A stretch of DNA of 60,585 bases from a virus (lineage: Duplodnaviria > Caudoviricetes), in IMG/VR virus record IMGVR_UViG_3300034110_000180, positions 1 through 60,585 of that record; one strand, written 5' to 3'. A program made the translations under genes and the position numbers. Shown here in pieces: positions 55,492 to 60,585 of the stretch (position 1 is the first letter of the stretch; every line of letters starts with the position of its first letter). The notes beneath the pieces were generated by a model. The model was not told where the DNA came from, made no database searches, and was given only the letters and a program-made list of their open reading frames with translations.

Positions 55492-55941
55492 ATGTCCAAC
55501 CAAATCGCAGTCCAAGAAATGCAAGTGTCGATCTATAACAACGCCGCCAATGGCGGCACGGTCACAATGAATGCCAAGGGTAAGTCCGGCTCGTTTGCCC
55601 GTGCCATTGCGTTTGCGAGTCGTGAAGCCCGTCAAAACCTCTCAGCAGGCATGATGCTCAGCCAACTGCAAAACGGCCAGTATCGCCCTCTCGTTGCCGA
55701 CATTCTTTCGTGTGGCCTGATTCCCAAAGCCAACTTGGATTGGGTGTCTGCTTCCATCCCTGCAACTGGCCCCGTGAACAAAGAGGCATTGATCGGTCTG
55801 TGCAAGCAAGTCAAGACCGTGTACGACAACAAGCGCACAAAGAACGGCGACCCCGTGGTGCTCAAGGGTGAGAAGGCTTTCGTCATGGGTTTCGTCCAAG
55901 CCATCGTGGCTGATGTGGCCGAGGTCACCATTGACGCTTGA
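55492..55941 (+). CDS. First early gene, hypothetical
   Basis: AAGGA SD before ATG 55492. Confidence 0.8.
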   Translation: MSNQIAVQEMQVSIYNNAANGGTVTMNAKGKSGSFARAIAFASREARQNLSAGMMLSQLQNGQYRPLVADILSCGLIPKANLDWVSASIPATGPVNKEALIGLCKQVKTVYDNKRTKNGDPVVLKGEKAFVMGFVQAIVADVAEVTIDA

Positions 55942-55957
55942 TGTTTCGTCCCCTCTG

Positions 55958-55977
55958 CTCCCTGCGTACGCAGGGAG
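55958..55977. repeat. Perfect 20-bp palindrome CTCCCTGCGTACGCAGGGAG
   Basis: Self-complementary; followed by AGCATGCT-TTTT. Confidence 0.85.
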
Positions 55978-56020
55978 TGTAGCATGCTTTTTGCCCATGT
56001 CAAGCGTGTGTATGTGTAGG

Positions 56021-56390
56021 TTTTCATAAAATCCAAGGGTTTTGGGCTGGATAGTAGGTTTGGATTTCAAGAAACCCATTAACCATGCGTGTTATATAGA
56101 TGAAGTCATCCAATTATCCAGAAAGACAATGTTTTTAGAGTTTTCGTATATGGAAAAGGGAGAGGGGGGTCGAGGGTCTTGGGGCTACCCCCTCTACCCC
56201 TAAAGTTTCCGCACCCCCTTTTCCAGACTTGGATTATTCGATTAGGGTAAACCCTAACATCGCTGAAACCCGCATGGTTACTGGCTTCCAGAGCATACAC
56301 ACCTAAATTCCTGCTATCCAAGCATGAAATCCAAACGCTCAACATGAGCACAGACACCCACGAATTCCTAAAATCCAAGGGAAAAAGTGC
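56021..56390. other. Candidate replication origin
   Basis: AT-rich and non-coding; about 11 WTCCAR boxes plus direct and inverted repeats. Confidence 0.45.
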
Positions 56391-56410
56391 AGAAAAACCA
56401 CACTTGCGGG

Positions 56411-56449
56411 TATACTTTATGTATACGCTGACTATACTTCATGTATAAT
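56411..56449 (+). promoter_or_regulatory. Two TATAC-N5-GTATA palindromic operators overlapping a TATAAT -10 box
   Basis: 56411-56425 and 56433-56447; TATAAT at 56444. Confidence 0.6.
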
Positions 56450-56499
56450 TCAAGTGTGTTCAAAACACACTCCGTAACTACTCCCTGATAGGACCAAAG

Positions 56500-57003
56500 A
56501 TGAAATACGTGAACCTCCGCCTCCAAGATGACGAGCATGCCCGAATGGTTGCTATGGCTGAGTCCAAGTTTATGCCTGTGACTTCCATGCTCCGCATGCT
56601 GTTCGCCGACCATGAGGCCAAATCAAGGGCGCAGCACTCATCCGCGCCAGCCCCCAAGATGAACAAGCGAGACCAAGCTTTCGCCGAGTACCACAACCTC
56701 ATGGCCAATTTGCCAGCACAGTGGACGAAGGAGCTGTTTGACTCAACACGCAAAGCCATCAATGACTTGCGAACCCAAGGCGGCAACATCCACCACACAG
56801 ATATGCCACTGCCTGAGTCCATGGTCAAGTGGAACAACGCACAGCACCCCAATGCGGCAGACCCCAAGTATGCGAGCTGGTCAATTGAACAACTCAGAGC
56901 AGAGGTGGATGCTACCGGCAACTCAAGCGCTCAGGCATACCTGACCTTTAAACTTCAACGAGCGGCAGGTGACCTGCAAGACCTCGATTTCCCGGAGGAC
57001 TGA
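56500..57003 (+). CDS. RHH-domain regulator, paralog 1
   Basis: MKYVNLRLQDDEHARM. Confidence 0.8.
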   Translation: MKYVNLRLQDDEHARMVAMAESKFMPVTSMLRMLFADHEAKSRAQHSSAPAPKMNKRDQAFAEYHNLMANLPAQWTKELFDSTRKAINDLRTQGGNIHHTDMPLPESMVKWNNAQHPNAADPKYASWSIEQLRAEVDATGNSSAQAYLTFKLQRAAGDLQDLDFPED

Positions 57004-57357
57004 ATGGCCATGAAAACCTTCACACTTCGCCTGCCAGATGACGACCACGCACGACTGATGGCAGCAGCTAGCGCCGCAGGGCTGTCGATGGGTAGCTACC
57101 TGATTAAGCTGCTCGATGCAGACACAGGGCACACACGACCTCTCAAGCCAACGAAGGTTGGCCGCAGAGAGCTGGCCTTCGCCAAATACAACGAGCTCAT
57201 GGCAAACATCCCACCGAAGGACACATGGACTACGCAGATGTTTGTTGACCTGTGCTATCAGATACGACTGCTCAGGTACAGCGGGGGTCAGATACCGCTG
57301 GCCGAGATGCCATACCCTGAAGAGTTTCAGGAATGGTACAGGCTACCACCCACATAA
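57004..57357 (+). CDS. RHH-domain regulator, paralog 2
   Basis: MKTFTLRLPDDDHARL; GGAGG SD. Confidence 0.8.
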   Translation: MAMKTFTLRLPDDDHARLMAAASAAGLSMGSYLIKLLDADTGHTRPLKPTKVGRRELAFAKYNELMANIPPKDTWTTQMFVDLCYQIRLLRYSGGQIPLAEMPYPEEFQEWYRLPPT

Positions 57358-57362
57358 CAACC

Positions 57363-57399
57363 AACCCGCCAGCAACCACTGAGCGGGTTTTTTTTTTTT
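57363..57399 (+). terminator. Rho-independent terminator
   Basis: AACCCGC..GCGGG followed by a long T run. Confidence 0.85.
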
Positions 57400-57417
57400 G
57401 ACCCAAAGGAGCCCCTC

Positions 57418-57594
57418 ATGGCACATACACACCAACATCTCATATACACACCTCGTGATGAGCGCATGGATTTCATGGGCGACGACGAGCCCTTTGTCTT
57501 TGAGACTCATACACATACACACGTCAATCCCTTCGAGTCCGATGACCCAGAGGTGGCCTATCACGAATACTTGGCCGAACGATTCAGCCGGTAA
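57418..57594 (+). CDS. 58-aa acidic His-rich protein (not in ORF track)
   Basis: AAGGAG SD; MAHTHQH..EYLAERFSR. Confidence 0.65.
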   Translation: MAHTHQHLIYTPRDERMDFMGDDEPFVFETHTHTHVNPFESDDPEVAYHEYLAERFSR

Positions 57595-57646
57595 CCCCCT
57601 AAAACCTACACGTACACAAGGTGTGTATTTATCCAAGGAGGAACTC

Positions 57647-57868
57647 ATGAACACACAACAATCAAAAGCCTTGCGATTGGCTGATTGGTTAGTAGACGGA
57701 GAACCCTACAATGCAGCGCCTGAAGCAGCCGACGAACTGCGCCGCTTGCACTCAGTCAACGCTGAATTGTTGGCAGAACTCCGTAAAGCGCTGCCCTGTT
57801 TGCGAGAGTTTGGCATCGGAAGTCAATTCAAAGACGCCAGCGCCGCCATTGCCAAAGCACAGGAGTAA
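57647..57868 (+). CDS. Small phage protein (ALRLAD..AADELRRLH)
   Basis: AAGGAGG SD. Confidence 0.8.
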   Translation: MNTQQSKALRLADWLVDGEPYNAAPEAADELRRLHSVNAELLAELRKALPCLREFGIGSQFKDASAAIAKAQE

Positions 57869-57871
57869 CAC

Positions 57872-58093
57872 ATGGCCGTGTCCACATACAACCTCCCCGA
57901 CAAACCCGACACCAACACACTGACCCTGACCGTACGCCTCCAAGACGTGTATGGGAAACAAACCGTGTACCCGGTGTGTCACGTGGCCAAAACATTTGCA
58001 GCACTCACTGGCTGCAAGACGCTCACAGACGAAGCGATCAAGCACACCAAGACTCTTGGCTACACCATCGTGGTCGAGCAACGAACCCTCTAA
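57872..58093 (+). CDS. Small phage protein (VYG..VYPVC..FAAL.G.KTLT)
   Basis: AGGAG SD. Confidence 0.8.
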   Translation: MAVSTYNLPDKPDTNTLTLTVRLQDVYGKQTVYPVCHVAKTFAALTGCKTLTDEAIKHTKTLGYTIVVEQRTL

Positions 58094-58102
58094 GGAGAAA
58101 AC

Positions 58103-58555
58103 ATGACACACATGACACACATGACACACATGACACCAGAGCGCATTGATGCCCTTTGGAAGCAGGCATTCGACAACACCGAGGATGGCGGGAAAACGTC
58201 ACACCGATTTGCCGCTTTGCTTTTTGCGGAGGCCGCAGCACCTACTGTGCATAAGTCAGTAGCTGAGACTGAAATAGATAGTCCCGCAGGGCATTGCGGG
58301 ACTATCTATTCAGAGGTATTCCTCCCTGTAGGAACAAAACTCTACACCACACCACCCGCAGCACCTGTGCCGCTGACGGATGACCAGATTTGGCGGCTTT
58401 GGTGGTCACGCCACGACGGGTGTTGTGGGCTTGAAGGAAAAAAGCTTGGGGAAATTCCCGTCACAAAAGAAGAGTTTGTTGCCATTGTGCGCTCGGTTTT
58501 ATCCTACTACGGCATCACAGAGAAAGGCATCAAGATCATGGACAAGATCGGATAA
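58103..58555 (+). CDS. Hypothetical protein with N-terminal (MTH)x3 repeat
   Basis: TAAGGAG SD; LYTTPPAAPVPLTDDQI motif. Confidence 0.75.
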   Translation: MTHMTHMTHMTPERIDALWKQAFDNTEDGGKTSHRFAALLFAEAAAPTVHKSVAETEIDSPAGHCGTIYSEVFLPVGTKLYTTPPAAPVPLTDDQIWRLWWSRHDGCCGLEGKKLGEIPVTKEEFVAIVRSVLSYYGITEKGIKIMDKIG

Positions 58556-58559
58556 CGCC

Positions 58560-58857
58560 ATGGCCGAACCAACCCCACTGGAGGCAGACTACTACCCACG
58601 CATCAAACACAACAAGCGCTGGTATCTACTGGTATCTACTGGTGCCTGAGGTCCTCATTCACGAGGGCTGTGCGTTCTACATACCGGATAGCGACGAGCA
58701 CTGCAAGCTCATTAACGAGAACGGCGGGACAACCGATGAACTGCCAATGTTCAAGCGGCATGACTGCGGGGACCACGGCACCATCTTTCTTGCACCATCC
58801 AAGTTTCCTGAGTACCGGGCCCATCTCGTGGCTAAGAAACTGGAAGGTAAGACATGA
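58560..58857 (+). pseudogene. Family B gene frameshifted by a 10-bp tandem duplication; tail KKLEGKT
   Basis: CTGGTATCTA x2 at 58619-58638; removing one copy gives a continuous 95-aa ORF. Confidence 0.7.
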
Positions 58858-59105
58858 ACACCGGCAAGGTTGAATGGCGGCTAAACAAGAGCTTGGACCA
58901 TAAATCGTTGGAGTACACAGACCTGTTCATCGACGATGTGTATCAGTCCATATGGCTGGAGCGCGACCGAAACTGCGGCACATGGCAATTCGTAGGGTAC
59001 AAACCTTCCGGGTCGTACCGTTCGCCGACCGAGGCCACCATGGAAGCGGCCAAGGAGCACGGCACCACATGGATGGTCATCAACAAACTGGAGGGTAAGA
59101 CGTGA
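58854..59105 (+). CDS. Small early protein, family A, tail NKLEGKT
   Basis: ATGA overlap; TMEAAKEH motif. Confidence 0.8.
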   Translation: MNTGKVEWRLNKSLDHKSLEYTDLFIDDVYQSIWLERDRNCGTWQFVGYKPSGSYRSPTEATMEAAKEHGTTWMVINKLEGKT

Positions 59106-59380
59106 AGCAGCACCCAAGATTCCCCGACCACATAGCGGTCAACCATCAGACACTGCCTAGCGCAGAAGAACGCGTTGCCCTGACAGGTGAAGCAGCTTGG
59201 CGTCATGGTGTATGCGTCGAGTGCCCTGAGAGATTGTGCGCCCGTTCAGAAGATGACACGCAGTATGCGCACTGCCTGCTGTCGTCACCAAATGACAACA
59301 AGTCCATGGGCGTATGGATGACGCAGACCACGTACGCCATATTCAAACTACACGATGGAAAAGTGAAGGCGCTCAAATGA
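59102..59380 (+). CDS. Small Cys-rich early protein, family B-like
   Basis: GTGA overlap; CVECPERLC..HC; YAIFKL. Confidence 0.75.
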   Translation: MKQHPRFPDHIAVNHQTLPSAEERVALTGEAAWRHGVCVECPERLCARSEDDTQYAHCLLSSPNDNKSMGVWMTQTTYAIFKLHDGKVKALK

Positions 59381-59502
59381 CCAAACACACCACAAGAGGC
59401 AGCATACCCTCGGTATGGCAGGACGATGGGTTCGGGACACTGCACCGCATCACATTCGCAGCACTCATTGCCCGCGTTGAGTCTGGGTGGAGAGAGTTGT
59501 GA
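59377..59502 (+). CDS. 41-aa protein
   Basis: ATGA and GTGA overlaps on both sides. Confidence 0.6.
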   Translation: MTKHTTRGSIPSVWQDDGFGTLHRITFAALIARVESGWREL

Positions 59503-59729
59503 AGCTCGGCCACTACCAGAAGCTGCGGCAACACCCCGACGACCCCAACGTGTGGGAAATAACCACCGATACGCTTAGAAAGATGGGCCACATCGGGTCA
59601 GTGTGCCGTGGATGCCCTTACCTGCCGAACCTCGAATGTCCAATTCTGGGAGACGAAAGGTCTTGTCGTTCAGGCACCGTGTGGTACGGCGAACACATCT
59701 TGATTGCAAACAAACTGGAGGGAGCATGA
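59499..59729 (+). CDS. Small Cys-rich early protein, family B-like, tail NKLEGA
   Basis: GGAG SD, GTG start; CRGC..C..C. Confidence 0.75.
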   Translation: MKLGHYQKLRQHPDDPNVWEITTDTLRKMGHIGSVCRGCPYLPNLECPILGDERSCRSGTVWYGEHILIANKLEGA

Positions 59730-59998
59730 CCATACAAAAGCAACCATTCCTGTTGGCTGACAACCTCGTTGTTGTGGCCACGCAGATGAAATCAGCAAGC
59801 GTCCTACCCGGCGGAAACAGGAACCCAGTCGCTCCAAGTCTATTCATCATGCTTGGGGGTACTGAGCCTGATCATGGAGTTCAAGCCATACCCCCATGCA
59901 GTATGTATGTGTACGGGGAGAAAGCCATCGAGGAACTGCAAGCAGCGTGTGCCTTCGCACTACTGCCGAAGGTCGTTAACAAACTGGAGGGAGCATGA
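59726..59998 (+). CDS. Small early protein, tail NKLEGA
   Basis: GGAGG SD, ATGA overlap. Confidence 0.75.
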   Translation: MTIQKQPFLLADNLVVVATQMKSASVLPGGNRNPVAPSLFIMLGGTEPDHGVQAIPPCSMYVYGEKAIEELQAACAFALLPKVVNKLEGA

Positions 59999-60090
59999 TC
60001 TACTGGAAAATCTGTCTGGCGTGGCTGGTTGTCTACGCCGTGGGCACTGCTGTCCTGCTCATGGATTTGCTTTGGTGGAGGCCGGGATGA
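59995..60090 (+). CDS. 31-aa membrane peptide (..LLMDLLWWRPG)
   Basis: ATGA overlaps at both ends; hydrophobic. Confidence 0.7.
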   Translation: MIYWKICLAWLVVYAVGTAVLLMDLLWWRPG

Positions 60091-60359
60091 TTGGCCGAGT
60101 CATACATGGCAAGCGCTACTGGATGGTGCCGTCCATACGGGACTCAAAGATAGGTGGTGGCTGCGACCACTGCGTGTTCGATGACCGTGATACAAACGGG
60201 TGTACGTTGATTGACGATGCACCGGAAGACGACAAACGCTACGGAGACACGCACCGTACTGGGTGCAATCCACCAGAAAGCAACGACGACTTCATATTCA
60301 TCAAGCGCACGAAGGCGGCCATGGCCGAGTACATCGCCAAGAAACTGGAGGGCACATGA
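60087..60359 (+). CDS. Small Cys-rich early protein, family B, tail KKLEGT
   Basis: CDHCVF..C..C..FIFI..EYIAKKLEGT. Confidence 0.8.
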   Translation: MIGRVIHGKRYWMVPSIRDSKIGGGCDHCVFDDRDTNGCTLIDDAPEDDKRYGDTHRTGCNPPESNDDFIFIKRTKAAMAEYIAKKLEGT

Positions 60360-60565
60360 GATGGGTACCACTTGAAAGCGGCACAAGCTGGTGGCTGGAG
60401 AACGCCGAAGGCATCTCACAGGCCTACGTCGTAAAAGTCGAAGACAAGTACCGGCCATTCATCATGCTGGATTCAAAGTACGCTTACTTTGTTGCTGACA
60501 CGCTCGAGGCGGCGAAAGAACATGTCTTGGTAATGCTTGCCGCAAACAAACTGGAGGGCGCATGA
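60356..60565 (+). CDS. Small early protein, family A, tail NKLEGA
   Basis: ATGA overlap; TLEAAKEH motif. Confidence 0.8.
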   Translation: MRWVPLESGTSWWLENAEGISQAYVVKVEDKYRPFIMLDSKYAYFVADTLEAAKEHVLVMLAANKLEGA

Positions 60566-60585
60566 GATGGGATAGCACATACAAA
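60435..60585. repeat. Terminal overlap, copy 2
   Basis: Matches 1-151 with one mismatch. Confidence 0.95.

Noticed and set aside
58560-60565. CRISPR-like array or integron attC cassettes
   Set aside because: The repeats are short, coding and non-palindromic, the spacers are whole genes, and no cas or integrase gene was seen.

Overview
The window is an apparently complete, circularly permuted ~60.4 kb tailed-phage genome (podovirus-like; the first 151 nt recur at the end with one mismatch). No integrase, RNA polymerase, tRNA or CRISPR array was seen. The + strand arm runs from ~54.9 kb through the join to 23.7 kb. It carries early accessory genes, a MoxR-like AAA+/vWA-metallopeptidase module, two HNH endonucleases and MazG, followed by PolA, exonuclease, VRR-NUC, SF2 helicase, SSB-like and primase-helicase genes. 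The - strand arm (54.6 to 23.8 kb) carries terminase, portal, capsid, tail, lysis and internal virion genes. Three things stand out. (1) About 11 small early proteins from at least three unrelated families end in the same helical C-terminal tag, (N/K/Q)KL(EG/ED/TR), conserved through synonymous codon changes and encoded directly upstream of the AAA+/vWA module. This may be a variable-head/constant-tail adaptor system. (2) A ~600 nt ORF-poor leader of the early arm is densely base-paired and is a candidate large ncRNA. (3) Four Shine-Dalgarno-led small ORFs are overprinted in the +1 frame of the 2179-aa virion protein gene. All family names come from motif recognition by eye, not from database searches.
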